Counted from the stretch's first letter, positions 1 to 13,549 are shown. The stretch is 64,000 nucleotides of DNA from Amoebophrya sp. A120 (GCA_905178155.1 CAJINV010000003.1:5981985-6045984), one strand, 5' to 3'. Program-made: numbers and translations. The notes: generated by a model from the sequence alone, not told the origin.

Positions 1-1486
1 TTCGCGCAAGCATGGTGGACGCAGTAAGCAAGGCCGTAGCGGCGGAAACGCGATAGTGCCGCTTCAGCTCCTGGAACAGTTCCGCGTGGACTCTCGCATT
101 CGTGCTCTCGAAAGCTGCAATCGGCAAAAAGAACTCTCTGTCGAGGCGAGCGGTAGGCGGAGGAGCGTCTCCATCTTCAGCCTCGGATAGTTTCTCAGGG
201 TTGCCTCTTCGTGCGTTCGCTAGGCGTCTGCGGAAATGTTGCGTGGATGAGAGATAGCGGAGCTGCAGACTCACTTGCAGTGCCAGCAGACCCGTCTTGC
301 TGCGCATCTCGTCCTCCTTGCAGGCAGCAGGGACGCACAACAGCAGCGTCGTCTGCGTCAAGGCTAGAAATGTTGTGGGCGGTGTCCTCTGTGTCCCTGG
401 TTGATTGTTCTGCGTATTTTCTTCTGCAGCCCTTGCTCGCACCTGCACCGCAAACAGCCGCCCTTGTGCGCGCTGGCATTTCTCCGCATACCGCGTTACG
501 TAGTTCACGAAATATCCGGCAGTTTGCAGCTGTGGGTGAATCTTGTTCAACAACTCGTCGTTAGATGTTGCCAAGGTGTCCGAGGATCCGGCACTTCTAC
601 CCAGTTCTTGCAAGACGTCGTGCTCCGCTGCCTTTGTCAAAGCAAAAAATTTCGATAGCCAGAGGAGTGTAAGCAGACTATCTTTATGACAATTGTTCCC
701 TTGATGAAGGTCAGCGGGATCAGTACATCGCTTACATCTGTGATTTATGCTTTACGTAAAAAGAACTATCTCTTCTGTTCTCATGACATAAGTCTACGAG
801 GAAGGAACTCTAGCCATCGAGTCGCAGCGTTTCCCAACATTCAGGGCGTCCTGGGGCGCTAAGGCAAAGGGCAGGTTCAGTTCGTCGACTGCCCACCAGT
901 TCCACAGCTTCGAAGAGCAACGACCCTGTGGCACATAGTCAACAAACACCTTCGACGGGGTTCTGTGCGTGTTCGGTGCCGCTGCCGCAGTTCCCTGGTC
1001 AAAGTTTTGTCCTTGTTCTGCTGCAGAAGCAAAATATAATACACGTTCAGTTGCTGTTGCTGCATCAGCATCTTCGTCTGCTTTTCTAATTTTCGCACTG
1101 TGCATCTTCTCCGCCAGTTGTTCCCGTGAACGCATTATATCATCAGCGCCGTCTTGTCCTTGTCCTTCTCCTTCAACATCAATCTCGGTCGCACCAACGG
1201 GCACAAGTTCATCCTCGTCCTCGTCATGTAGGGTGTGCTCAATGATCTCACGCTGTGCACCCATGACCCAAGCCGTTTGTCGGCGAAAAATCGCCGAGAA
1301 GTCATCCGCTGCGGGGGGCGGCGACAACGGTGGCGGGTCGCATGCGAGAAAGGTGGTCCAGGCTGTTGCCCGGCCGCTCGCCGGACAAGATGGCGAGGAC
1401 GACGGTGGCGCATGAGTGGTGCTCTCATTCGGTGTTGCACCGACGAGAAACACGCAGAGCGCGGATACAAAAAACGGCGCGACCAT
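1..1486 (-). CDS. Orphan protein with N-terminal hydrophobic segment; at least 2 exons (~1486-800 and ~660-1), runs off the window
   Basis: ORF 794..1525 contains MVAPFFVSALCVFLVGA (ATG at 1486). A second minus-strand frame (KAAEHDVLQELGRSAG...STMLAR) is open from ~660 to base 1. The intron boundaries were not resolved. Confidence 0.55.
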
Positions 1487-3001
1487 GAGTGCTGAGGCAT
1501 TCAGTCTAGAAGCGATCAGCGTCACCCACCGTGATCTACATCTAATTTTGCAGGATCACCCAATGCCAATTCTACGAAACAAAAAACGCAAGCGCAACCA
1601 ATAGGCAAAAGTAGAATAAAAACAGCACGGTGAAGATCCTGAACCACAAACAGTACTAAGTAGTAGCTCCGCGGAACAAGGGTGCTTGGGCTTTATCTTC
1701 TTTTATCTTTATTGAAAGTTTCACCCTCAAGATCCATTACTTAAGGTGCAAAACAAGGAGCAACAAGAGCCAAATCAAGAGAAACACTACCTGGTCGCTC
1801 GCCATAGAAGAAGAGAACTTTTCTTGAAGAAAAGAAAAACAAACCGCACACCAGGCGGCCCCAACGGCTCGCAGCCGATACTACTGGTCCAACAGGAATG
1901 GAGGATGAATGGAAAGGACAGCGACATGTAGTTGTAATGTGATATTGAATTTCAATAAAATTGAAACCGACGCTACTACTACTCTCACTTCGCTATTAGA
2001 ATTCTCTCTCCGATGAATCAACAATCAACATCAAGAACGAATAACCACTATCACGAGGTCGTGCTGGAGTTTTTCCTTTTTTTATACAACAACGATCATA
2101 TCCAACAAAAAATTTAAATCGAAATGAGCCGAATTTCAGACAGTAATAACGGTTTTTTTTGCAACTCTTCCTCGCAATTGGCAGACTTTTTAAGTTTCTT
2201 GATACACCAATACAACCGTATAATCATAGTCGCTTTACGTTTTCAGGACTTCCTGCAATTAAAACACCATCTAAGAACTCAAAAATCAAAAGCAAATAAG
2301 AATTCCGTCTTCGATTATACATCATACTAAAAAAAAGCTCTTGTTGTATCCTCGAAAAAATTTTGAAGTGCACAAAAAATTTGTTTTCAAAACAATAAGA
2401 AACGGCACCGATACACGGAAACGTAAAACAATGCAATATTGTTTGACAGGGTTTAGGGCTTAGGGTTGGTCGTGGTCCTTGTCGAGGAAGTGCAATGCAC
2501 TAGGTGAAGTGAATTACGTCACCTTTGAGCTCCTTCAATTTTTACATGATACCGCTTGAAGAACTTAATTGCAAGCAGATAGCGACTACCCACTTTTTGG
2601 CACCACCGGCACCACGACGTGCTGTGCGCCAGCACGACAGGAGGCGGCACAGGTGGCACAAGGTGACGTGTCATAGAATCGAGACACATGGCTTTATCTT
2701 CGAGCGCTGGCACGACTCAAAGATGACTGTAGTTGCTGGTGTGCAACTATAAGTGGTGTAAGTACTTCTCACAGTGGACAGACACATCAAATGGACTATC
2801 CGCTCAAGTACAAAGCGTGTTTAATGATCTAGGTAGATGCGGGTCATTGACCCGCGCCGCTAAAGGGTTGTCGTGCCGAATGGCAATGGGTCGCGTGGCT
2901 GCAGCCAGCATGTCTATCGAGTCGCAGCTTTCGTGTACTTATGTATTCCTAAGTATTTAACGTCTTTGCTTCACGATCAAGAAGTCGAAGTATCAAGTTG
3001 C

Positions 3002-3750
3002 GCCAGCCCTTGGAAGCCGAGCTTGTTACGGAGTTCTCCTACTTCTTTCTACATTTTTGTCTTTTCGAGGTGGAAAACAAAACCTGTGCCAAGTACAGAG
3101 CCGAAGTTGTAAAAACGCGGTCCAACATCAGGTCCAAAAAACTTCAGCAAATATTCAACCGGACACAGGCCGCTTTGTCACGTCGATTTCAATATATCCG
3201 CTCGGTAGAAAGTGTTCTAGTAAACTTAATCTCTTGGCTTCATCAAGTTACGGAGTTCTCCATCCTACTTCTTTCTACATCTCTGTTTGGAGACTACTAG
3301 TACTTTCGAGGTGGAAAACAAAACCTGTGCGAAGTTGCATCGCGGACATCAGGTCCAAAAAACTTCAGCAAATATTCAACCGGACACAGGCCGCTTTGGC
3401 ACGTCGATTTCAGTATATCATTATCCGTTCGGTAGAAAGTGTTCTAGTAAACTTAAGCTCTCGACTTCATCAGGAAATCGAAGTACTACTTATCAAGTTT
3501 AGTAATTAGTATCCAGCCTTTGGAAGCCGAGCGTGTTACGGAGTTCTCCTACTTCTTTCTACATTTCTGTTTGGAAACTACTACTTTCGAGGTGGAAAAC
3601 AAAACGACCTGTGCCAAGTACAGAGCCGAAGTTGTAAAAACGCGGTCCAACATCAGGCCCAAAAAACTTCAGCAAATATTTTACCGGACACAGGCCGCTT
3701 TGTCACGTCGAATAATTTACTCGACTATATTCTTCGGTAGAAAGTGTTCA
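3002..3750. repeat. Three diverged tandem copies of a ~250-bp unit
   Basis: GAGGTGGAAAACAAAAC...AAAAAACTTCAGCAAATATT...CCGGACACAGGCCGCTTTG...CGGTAGAAAGTGTTC recurs near 3070, 3310 and 3590. Confidence 0.9.
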
Positions 3751-5490
3751 AGGAAAAGTGTGGTCTTCCAGAGCAAGTCTAGCTACTGCACAACTAAAAA
3801 AAAGAATTCAATAGCGCTCATGGAGATGTAAAAAATTTTGTACACCAAAAGAGCAACGCGGTGGCCTGAAGCTTCTCGATGTAGAAATGCAACAACGAGA
3901 GGTTAGTAAAAGCGCCACAAAATCAAGGTTGTTGACTGTGCTTCAGTATCAGTCTGTTGCACAGTTCATACAGTTTTAGTTCTTCTTCTTCACTGGTTTG
4001 GATAGCATAATAATAAACCGAAGAACAAGAATACATTTGCATTTGGAACGACCTTGTTTATTACTTTAAGAACTACCAGTGCCACAACCGCAACAGACAA
4101 TTCAAGCGTAGAGACTAAGGCGTTCAAATGTCGTAAAATGAAATTGAGTCGCCTGTATATTATCAGAGTTCCAGAAAGGGTCATGATATTCGGCCGACAT
4201 AATTGAAAAAACAAAAAATATTTTCGCCTTCCAGATAGCGCGATATCCTATCGACGCTGAACCGCGCCGCCGGGTACAGAAATTCTGATAATTGATTTTC
4301 GCGCTCATGTAGAAAGACACGCTTTCGCTTTTGCAGACTCTCTCGCGCATAAACATTATGCGCACAAAACTATAACTTCAAGTGCACTCGCAAGACAAAA
4401 GGAAGAGCTCCTGCAATTTTTGAAGCAGAAGCTCCTGTAATTTTTGAAGCATCTGTCTCGCAAGACACAAACAGACGCTCCCTGTAGCCTCCTTTTATTG
4501 AGAGCGAGAAACAGACAAATCGTTCGAATCATTTAAGTCTGCTTCATCCTTGTTTACAACTTCTCACCAGCATTTTCCTGACCAGCATCCCTCTGCTCGT
4601 CCGCAGCCCCGAAGGATTGTTGCCCGTGACGAGCAATCACTCCCACACCCACGGGCGACTCTACTACGCTGCTGCTGCAAGGCTGTGTAGAAGTTGCAGT
4701 CGCGTTCTTCATTGCGCCGTCGGTTCTTGGTTGAAGCAGTTCAGCATCTAGGTGGTATGCGAGTTGGACGGAAGCGGAAAATCCCGAGCTACTTGAAAAA
4801 TAACTAGACGGCGGGTGCGTAGATGCGGAACCGAAGCCAGCATATATGCAGCAGACGAGAAAAACATCTTTACAGTGCCGCACCGTGATTGTGTTGCAGG
4901 ACAAGCAACACACATCTGCGCTGTCATGCTGGTCGTGGGGGGGATGCCGATGCTCATGCAGCTCAGGAGCCTAGTTATAAAAATTTCATGCGTCGTGTAC
5001 TACTTAGTTCTATCCGCTTGCGTTCTCCGCATTGCAAATTGTTCTTGTCATGCAGACCATCAAGCTTGTGTTGCTACATAGTTGTGTACTTACACTGTAA
5101 ACACCTTTTTCTTTGGATATTCGCCTGCAGTCTTGCTTCTTCGTTTGCCGGAGCTGCCATCTTGTTCTCGCCGATATAGCCTTGCGCTGGCTGCTGTCTC
5201 CTCAGTTCAGCCAACACATCCTGGACAGAGGACTGGTGCGGTATTTTGTTCAACATCCCCTCGCTTGTCACATCGTTCCACTTCCAACTGCTCTTATGCG
5301 GGTGCACAAAAATACAGAGTTCCTCATTCGCATGGCAGCACGTCTACAGCAACAGAAGCGGTAGCAACAATGCAGGAACTTCCGCATGACAAGAGCTCCA
5401 CAGCAGACGTGGAACAACTACAAAGCCGAACTGTCTCTGTTTATTGGGGTCCAACCTCCCATAGTAATTGTCAACTACATGCAAAGTGTG

Positions 5491-8400
5491 CTAAAACACT
5501 AGTACTACGGTTTGGCTCTGAGTCGGGTGGTGTTTTGCATCACAGAGAAACTGAGAGGAAAAAGTTCCTTGTGCACTGTCATAGCTCGACGACGCCGCCC
5601 CATTGCCACAGTGCGAAGACGATGTCGACTCGCCGCTAGAACTAGAACTACACGACTCGGCTTCATCATCTCCGAATCCCCCGCCCTCGGAGTCGGCGAA
5701 GCTGCTCCTCGAGGCTACGGCGAATTGCCGCTCTTCCTCCTTGTAGTTTTCTTCATCTTCTCCTTCTAATCGCCTTTCCTGATCGCGTCGTTGTTTCTCC
5801 TGCTCTACTCCGCGGCCATTGTCCGTCGTGACCGCCCTGTCTGCGACAACAAACTTGGCCAGCTGGTCAAAAACTTGGTCTACCCGCGAGCTGCTTGTTT
5901 CTTGCTCTCCAGAATGTTCAGGAATGTTCACGCTCTTGTGCGCAGAGGACGAAGAAGGAGCAAGAGGATAAGCGCTTCGTTCACTGGTCGCTGTCGCAGG
6001 TGCGCTGGGAGCAAGAGTTTTCTTTTGCATTGTTTCAACATCTTGCTGCAGCTTCGGAACAACTTGCGCTGGAGACGAGAGCAGTTGGTCTACTTCTTGT
6101 TGTGCAACGCGAACAGCACCACCCGGCACTTCTAGGAAGTTGCCTGTAGAAGTTTTACCACAGCTGTGGTCAGAAACAAGTTGTTGCTCCTCATTTCTCC
6201 CGGGCGGGTCAGGGTCACCGGTACGACCCGCGGATCGCAAACTGAACCCGGAAAAGAAGAGAAATCCGCCGTTGGTTATTCCGTAAACGTCTTCCTCCGG
6301 CTCCGGGTCGAAGTGGTTCAGCTGAAACTCCGCGAAAAGTTGTGTCGGAAAATGATTTTGATTTTCACCGGTAGCTGCATCCTTCTTGGCACAAGAACTA
6401 CCCTGCCAGTGTTCGATCTTGCACGCGTGGTCCACACGAGCACAGCGGCTTCGTTCTTTCTGTTGACGCTGGTCCGTCGTGCCTGTTGCGGTAGCAGCAG
6501 CCTCGGCTCCACTTCCGTGCGAAGATGTACTTGCGTCACTATCACTCGGCACCAAAAACGGTTGCTGCTGTGATGTGTCAAAATGAAATTGTGGAGAACA
6601 AGGAGAGTTGTAGCTGGTAATACCTCCTTTCTGCATCAACAACTCCCGCAGCTCCGGCGACACCGGCGGCATCCCGCGAGGACCACTTCTATCACATGCA
6701 AAAATGTCTGGGTCTGTTGAAAACTTATGATGCTGATTTTTTTTTTTTTTTATTGGCTCGCAAATTGAAACTTTTCATCATTCACTATCTAATTTTTTTT
6801 GTGCGAGCGGGTGCGATCTCTGAAATGTGAAGAGTGTAGCACAATTCACATACCAGGTTACGCGGGTATACGGCATTTTTTCCCGATTTGTACCTTTTCG
6901 GTTCTTGTCCTCTGGTCCTGCACTTTGTTGTCGATCCCTGTTTAGTTCCCCAACCCCTACTCTGCTGGCAAGACAGAAAAAAAAAAACGTAGCCCCTGTC
7001 GGATTAATTAAGCAGGAAGAAGCCCACACAAAAAATTCCCACATCTACCCAGGGGCGACTAGGCAGATGGGGTGTGCCGAAGCAGGAAGGGGATGTTTCT
7101 CGTTGCAATGAATTTACTCGGGAAAAGCATGAGGGTACTTTGGCGGGGTCCGCTAAAAATTAAAATATCGCAAAGGCGGCAATTGTAATAAAATCAGCTC
7201 TACTTCTACTCGACGGCAAGCTAGTAAGGGGCACAACATAGCCTAGAAAAACTACTGGATCTTTCACGATACGGATCCCGCCCTGCAGTGCGTGGGTCTT
7301 TTGCTTGTACGATACGGATCTTCATGATCTTTCTCTTTCTTTAAAGGTCAGCATTGCAACAGGGGCCACTCTCCCCTGTGCATGCTACCGTTTTATCTAT
7401 CAGTGCTCCCCAACTTATGATGCTGATTTACGTGAGTGGTGAATGCACTGCAATACGTAGCCCCACATGACAAGTTTCTGGGCTCCTTTGTTTTTGTACT
7501 TCGTGTTCCGCATGACAAGCTGCGTTACAGATTCGAGAGCCATGCGAGAGAAGCATGACAAACCTCGCTACCTTTCCAGACCCAGACATATTTGCGATAC
7601 ATAACCACCCCCGCGACACAATTCCGGGTGGGGAGTGTCGTACTCCATTTTTACGACTCGCCCCCACCTATCTTCCCATTTTTCGCAAGCCCTCGTCTCG
7701 TCGTTCATCAGTGCTGGATCGAGCCCATTGCCGTAATAATCTTGCTGTTCGCGAGGGCGATCCTTCAAAAAATCCGAATCATAATCAGAATTCTGATCAT
7801 CCTGCGAGGGCCAACAAGCCCCGTCAATCGGCGGAGGAACTGCTGCCGCGTTCCGCCTTGCTGTAGCCCTGCCGGTTCGTGCGTAGCGGTTCACCGCTGC
7901 GGAGGACGTCACCCGGGTGGAAATTATCTCCGAGGTCGCCATCTCTTGCCCCCCCGCGTGGTGGTCCTGATACGACATGCTAGCGGTGAACTCGGCGGAT
8001 ATTTGCTCCATCAACAGCTCCGCGTATTTGGTATAGTACAAAAACTCCGCGTCGAGGGGCGAAATACCACGTTTGTCAAGTTTGGTAGGCAAATCAACTA
8101 TGCGGTAAAAGGAGCCATCGTTCGTGGAGCTGAACACCAATGGAATCTTCACCGCTTGTACATCATCAGCGACCGTTTCGCTATCGCCATTGCAGCGAAG
8201 TTGACTCGTGTCCTCGTGGTGGTCGACAGGAACAACATTCCGATCTTCTGCAGCTGCAACAGGAGCAAGAAAACTCCCCTGCGCCGGCTCGGTGGTGTTA
8301 GTACCTCCTCGCACTTGATGTCGCTCGCTCCCCAGAGAACTCCTTGTCCTTTCGTCTTCAGAGCCAGTGCCCGGGACCGTCGGTCGACTCGGCTGCAGCT

Positions 8401-11400
8401 TCGTGTGCACGTAGAGATACATAGTGGCGGGCAAAAGTCCTGGCGCTGATGCTGATCCGCTATTCATTTTTCCGAGCGGAAGTATACCCGTGCTCTCACT
8501 CTTACTATGCAGGCTTCTCGCGTACAGGTAGCCATTGCGATCAGGCGGAAGTTCTGGTAGAGCAGGTGTTTTGGCAGCTGCGCCTGCGCCAGGCTGTTGA
8601 AAAGACGAGGAAGACGAACCGCCAGCGTTTTTTGCACCAGCAATGTTGAGATGCGATGTTGAGCTTTCAAATCGTGATGTGCTGAGACCCACCCCCGGGT
8701 CGCTTTGGAAGTACCGGTCGGACAACCAGGGGAACGACTTTACTGCACTCGGCTCGGTCGCTTCCGCTGCAGTCGTAATGCTGCCCCCGTGCTGCGAAGA
8801 AGATCCCGCCAGGTTTTTCAGAAGCGCCAACCCCCGGACGCCAACCAAGTCGTTAGTACGTAGAACGGGCTGATGTTGTTGCTGAGCCGTATCGTCCGCT
8901 TCTGCTTGTTCGTGTTGTTTCCCTGCTGCTCCGGTGCTTGAGCTTGCGGTAGCAGGATCATGGTCAACATTCAGCGCAGGTGGACCGCTTGTAGCGGTGG
9001 TGTAGTCCTCCCGAAGATTGGGTCCTAACTGCAGCCGCGGCTTGTTGGCCGCATTGTGTGAGGAAGATAAAGCACCTGCTCCAGTTTGTTCCTGTTCGGT
9101 CATCATCTGTGCGATCGCCGCCCGGGCTTTACTTCCGGTAGCTGAAGTTTTTAAACCGACCGAAGGCTGTTGTTGTCCTTGGCTCATCGTGGAAGGGGAA
9201 GCTGACGAGTCACTACCCTGCTGTCCTTGTGCTCCAGAAGTACGTTGCTCTGTAGAAGAAGTTGCTGTACCAAAATGAAGACTTGGCATGCAAAGGCTTT
9301 TTTTTGCATGAAATCAGGTCAAGTTTGAAAGAGGAGGAAAAGCAAATCTCACACGCTCGAACAAACGTACCAACAAAAGCAGGAAGAAAGGGTCGAGCAA
9401 CACGCTCGAACAAAATCGCTGTACCTAAAAACTTCAAGTGTTCTCGTCCCATTCGGTCGGCGTCTTCCAGGAGATCTAATACGGGCGATTTTTGCAGGGT
9501 CATACTTTCGAACTGCTTCTCAAGGTAGTCTGCTTCTTCATCATCAAGATCGTAATCAACACCAGCAAAATTGTCCTGGACCCGCATCATCTTTTCTTTC
9601 GCGAGAAAACCAACACTCCTGCTGTCACCGCGTTCTTCTTCTTTTGTAGTTGTATTGGTCGCTTTTCCGGCACCCGACTTCGTCGACGAAAGTCGGCCGC
9701 GCGCGGAGACAAATTTGTTTCCCCGGAGCGTCCACCTGGAAGAACCCAAGCCGCGACCTGCGCCGCGAAAATACAGCCCGTGGCGCCTGCTCTTCTCGTG
9801 CTCCTGCGCTAGGACCCGCCACACGTGGTAGTTTTGCGAGCGGATATTCAGCTGTAGTTTATTTTGCCCATGATGTTGTAGAGCGCCGGTGCCGGACGAT
9901 GACCCCGGGATAGAATTAGAAATCCCTGTTCCGCCGAAGAGGTCGATGTAGGAATGGTCACGATCCAGCAAGGCTTCGATTTCCACAGCCTGCTGCACAT
10001 TCCAACCGTTACCAGTGAGAGAAATCTCCGCGTAGTTGGTCGAAGCTTTTGATGCAGCTGCACCAGATGCTGCTTCGTCGTGTAGTTTTGTGGGAGGTGG
10101 TGGGAACATCAGTTGCAGATGCTGTAGCTCTACTGGTACTAACGGAGCCCCTCCTGCTGATCCATCATGCAGCTTTCCCCGCCTCCCCACATCAACCGCC
10201 GCTGTTCTCAATCGGTGCTCGAAAATCGTCACTGTGACAAACTGGGGGTAGCCCAATTTCGGTTCTTTCCGGTCCAGTACGTGTACGGAATGCTGCAATA
10301 AACAACGCTCCCGACTTTGCCTTACCGCCAGCGGCACGCTGCTGGCGTTCCGCGGCCTTGCAGGCGGTCTTGACGGGGAGGGAGGAATGGTGCTCGCATC
10401 ATAGGAGATAGAATGCTCGTCGCACAATTGCAACGCCGATTTGTACTCTTCGAGGTTTTGGCTCGTGGCCTCGAAATAAAATGTTCGCTTGCGATTCGGC
10501 GCGGATAACAAATCCGCCGGCTCCGCTTCCGGTTCCTGGGTAGTAGTTGGCGCTGCACCGCGGTCCTGCTGAAGTTGTGTAGTTACTAGACCGGGTTTCT
10601 TCTTTTTCTGGGCAGCTTTGGATGATGAATCCTTTTCGCCCACGAGCCGGTACCGCACTTTATTGCGCGGCGCGGCGTTGATGATATCGCCGTAGTTCTG
10701 ATCAGGAATTACGATCCGGTCAATCCCGATCCAGGCAAAATCCGGCACTAGTGAAGCCAGGAACGCCTCGTCACTCATTTCACCGGAAAAAATACTGTCT
10801 TCATCGTCCTCAGCCCCACGATCGTTCCCGCTTGTTGCGTTGTTGTCGGTGTTGCTTCGTGTCGGGGCAGGCGAGGGAGTGCGGGAAGAGGTGCGGGAGG
10901 TTGTCACAACTCTTGCTGGTTGTGCATCCACTGGCTGTACTACAGCGCTCTCTTGATGCGGCTCTGCTCCTGCGCCTGCTAGTGTATGACTACTAGACGC
11001 ATTTGTAGGCTGCTGGGGCTGCGCTTGCGGTTGCTCTTGCGGCCCACCAATGCTTTCCGGTCTAAAACTCGGCGCCACAGAAGTGTCCACATTCGTGCCG
11101 TTGTTCCGCGTGATGCTGACCCCACCCCGCGGCCGATTTTGATACTCCCGCTCTAACAAGCTCGCCCGACTCCGCGGACTGATCGTCCGTTGACGCGCGT
11201 GGCCCGCTGTAGAGAGTGCGTCTTCATTATGCTGTGCACCGGTACTCTCGCGGCCCTCTTGCTGTTTCTTCCAAGAATCGACGTCCACGCGAAAGGTCAG
11301 TCCGAGACTGAAAGTCACTTCTTCAAACCGCGGAGATGTGGGGGTGGTGAGACGAGGGGCGGCCGCTGCGAAGATTTTCGCGCCGTGGAAAAAACGCTGG

Positions 11401-11441
11401 GCGAAGCAAAAAAGCAGCACAAATTTCATGGTCGAGATCAT
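5491..11441 (-). CDS. Large multi-exon orphan protein (~1600 aa) with probable signal peptide
   Basis: ORFs 9213..11786, 7568..9289 and 5491..6672 join in frame across non-canonical introns at ~9272-9425 (EHLKFLGT/ATSSTE) and 6682-7603 (ELCRGGG/PRGMPPV). N-terminus MISTMKFVLLFCFAQRFF, ATG at 11441. The 3' end may continue towards 5074. Confidence 0.7.
6690..7603. mobile_element. Introner-type non-canonical intron (TIR family A) carrying a nested insertion
   Basis: Left end TATCACATGCAAAAATGTCTGGGTCTG, right end CAGACCCAGACATATTTGCGATACATA. Flanks are ACCACTTC / ACCACCCC. Removing the element plus 8 nt restores the frame. Confidence 0.85.
6740..7411 (-). mobile_element. Poly(A)-tailed retroposed insertion (SINE-like or 5'-truncated non-LTR element) with 18-bp TSD
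   Basis: AACTTATGATGCTGATTT occurs at 6722-6739 and 7412-7429. A 15-T run at 6737-6751 is a poly(A) tail on the minus strand. Confidence 0.75.
9272..9425 (-). other. 154-nt non-canonical intron bounded by an 8-bp direct repeat
   Basis: GCTGTACC at 9264-9271 and 9418-9425, read in the same codon phase (G-T-A) in both flanking ORFs. The 154-nt spacing matches the frame offset between the ORFs. Confidence 0.65.
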
Positions 11442-12802
11442 GGCGTAATCGAGAAAAAATCCCGTTTTTCTACTGGTCTTAGTGCCGCGCCTGCAGTAAT
11501 TTGGTTGCTGTGCAGAAGTTGTAAAACTTTGGAATCTACTGTCGTGACTGTGTGGATGATAGGCTGTATAGATACAAAAGTAGAACATAAACCACAGAAG
11601 GCTCCCATCGACATGGTCATCCATATTCAAACGCAAAAGATGACCCAAATAAAAGTAGGTAAGTCTCGACGTAATCTTATTTACCTGAACGCGCGGCCGA
11701 GCTTGTTGGACTCCATCTGCTGTCTTTTGTTGCTTCTTGTCGAAAAGCGACTGGTCGTTGGACGTAGTTGGGCCGAGATGATGCAATCTGGTGTGATAAA
11801 CCTGCTATAATATCGCGTCGATTCTCGCAAGAAGCGTAATACTGGAAGCCAGATTATATATTTGCAGTGAAGCTAGGTACGTCGCCGTGCTTTATTTTCA
11901 CAAAGATTTTCTTGTAGCACAACAAAAGAACAAGCAAGGGCCTTGCCACATCGGATATTAACGCAGGCGTACCTGCGCGGATGAATGGTTGATAGAGCCG
12001 CCGCTAAGAAGACCAAGTTACTACCGCTTGCTTAACACTGCCACGACCGAGCCCGTAGGTGGACGAACAGTGCAGGATTAATATACCGGTTGGTTTTTTA
12101 CACTCCGTTACCGTTTGTTTCCTTCGTTATCTTCTCTTCCTCGCGACAAGGGGAAGAAAAAATCAGTTCAGTGGCCCGGCACCTGGTAAAGTTATGTCAA
12201 ACGGGAGTGCCTATCGTTCAAAGACAAAGCCCGCCTCGCCTTCTCGCCTCAGAAGACTTTCCATGCGTCTTCCGTACAGAAAGTGTTTAGGGCGTCGCGT
12301 CAGTGGCCATCGTGTCACTACGGTAGGTTTTTTCGATGAGAGATCTTGCACCGTGTGAATTCCAATTCAGTAGTCAAGCTCAACGTCGAGTTCTGTCTTT
12401 TTTTGAGTAGAGAGCAACAGGTGGTTAAAAATTTGAATTTTGCTGCACAGCTTTGAAGTATAATTCAACATGAAAAGCTTTGGACTGCAGTATCAAAAAG
12501 GCTAGTCACCCCGCCATGTGCCAGCAGTTGTCCTGCTTGTTTGATTCCGAAGAAAAATGAATCAAAACAGAACGCTTGGTAGAGTATGAATCAAAAACGC
12601 TCGCAAGACAGAGAGCTCCTGCAATCTAACAAAATGTACGAAAGTTTTGGATCGTGGCCAAGCCTTTTCTACCTTACCGCGTCGAGGATATTGAAACGCG
12701 CGTAAAAAAACGATGATCCACAGCAGACATACAAAGCGCGTGGTCAGGGTCACCACGCCGTGCCTTTACAATAGCAGGCAATTATATAAGGATCTGACGG
12801 CC

Positions 12803-13308
12803 GCGATTTGCGAGCAATGCGAGCAATGCGACAGGGGTCCGAAGCTTTGCGAGTTGCGAGCGCGCGGACCTGTCGCAAGTCTTGCGAGTACTCCTCGCGA
12901 CTTCGCCTGCGAGTGCCCATTTTTGGGCCTCAGTTCGGCGCCGTGTAAATATTCCTAGCCCCAGCGGTGGCGTGGTTGTGTGTCCTTCTCCTTTATTCCG
13001 GACCAACCTAGCTAAATGAATCTAGCGCGCGTGGGCCCCGCGATGGCCGCCTTCAGTCGTGCGACGGGCCTTCGCTTGAGAAAAGTAAAAATCTAAAACC
13101 TAAGCACTGCGCTCCCCAGTAACAGAGCGAGGAGACCGCCACTAGCTACAGTCCGAAGGCAAGAGCAAAAGTCCTGCACCTGCAGGCCAGTCTCCCGCCG
13201 GGCAGTTCGCGACTCGAGGCAGTAAGGTGAGCACTTAATTGCCGGGCACTTGAATGCTGCCAGACCCCCGCGATTTGCGAGCAATGCGGGCAATGCGAGC
13301 AATGCGAC
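12803..13308. repeat. Two direct copies of a short GCGAGCAAT array
   Basis: CGATTTGCGAGCAATGCGAGCAATGCGACA at ~12804-12833 and a three-unit version at ~13271-13309. Confidence 0.7.
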
Positions 13309-13549
13309 AAACCGCGACCGGTTTGCGACTCAATGCGAGTCGCATTGCTTATATAAATCTCTGTAAGATGCGCACAATGATAATGTCGATGTTGCAACCG
13401 AAAAAAATCAGAGTTCTTTCTGGTTGTTCTTTGCAAAAACGAAACTAGCAAATTGAAATTCATGAAACCACTCATTGAAGATTTTGCATGCATCCGGTCC
13501 TACTTGCTGGCCACCTGCAGCCCTGCTTCAACTTTTCTCGCCACGACGC

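Noticed and set aside
656-816. TAGCCA direct repeat as intron boundary in the first gene
   Set aside because: Joining at this repeat leads to an early stop instead of the long open frame.
2449-2468. Telomere-like TTTAGGG/TTAGGG
   Set aside because: Only two imperfect units, compatible with chance.
7340-7411. tRNA-derived SINE head in the retroposed insert
   Set aside because: Only a weak A-box resemblance. No B-box or cloverleaf was found.
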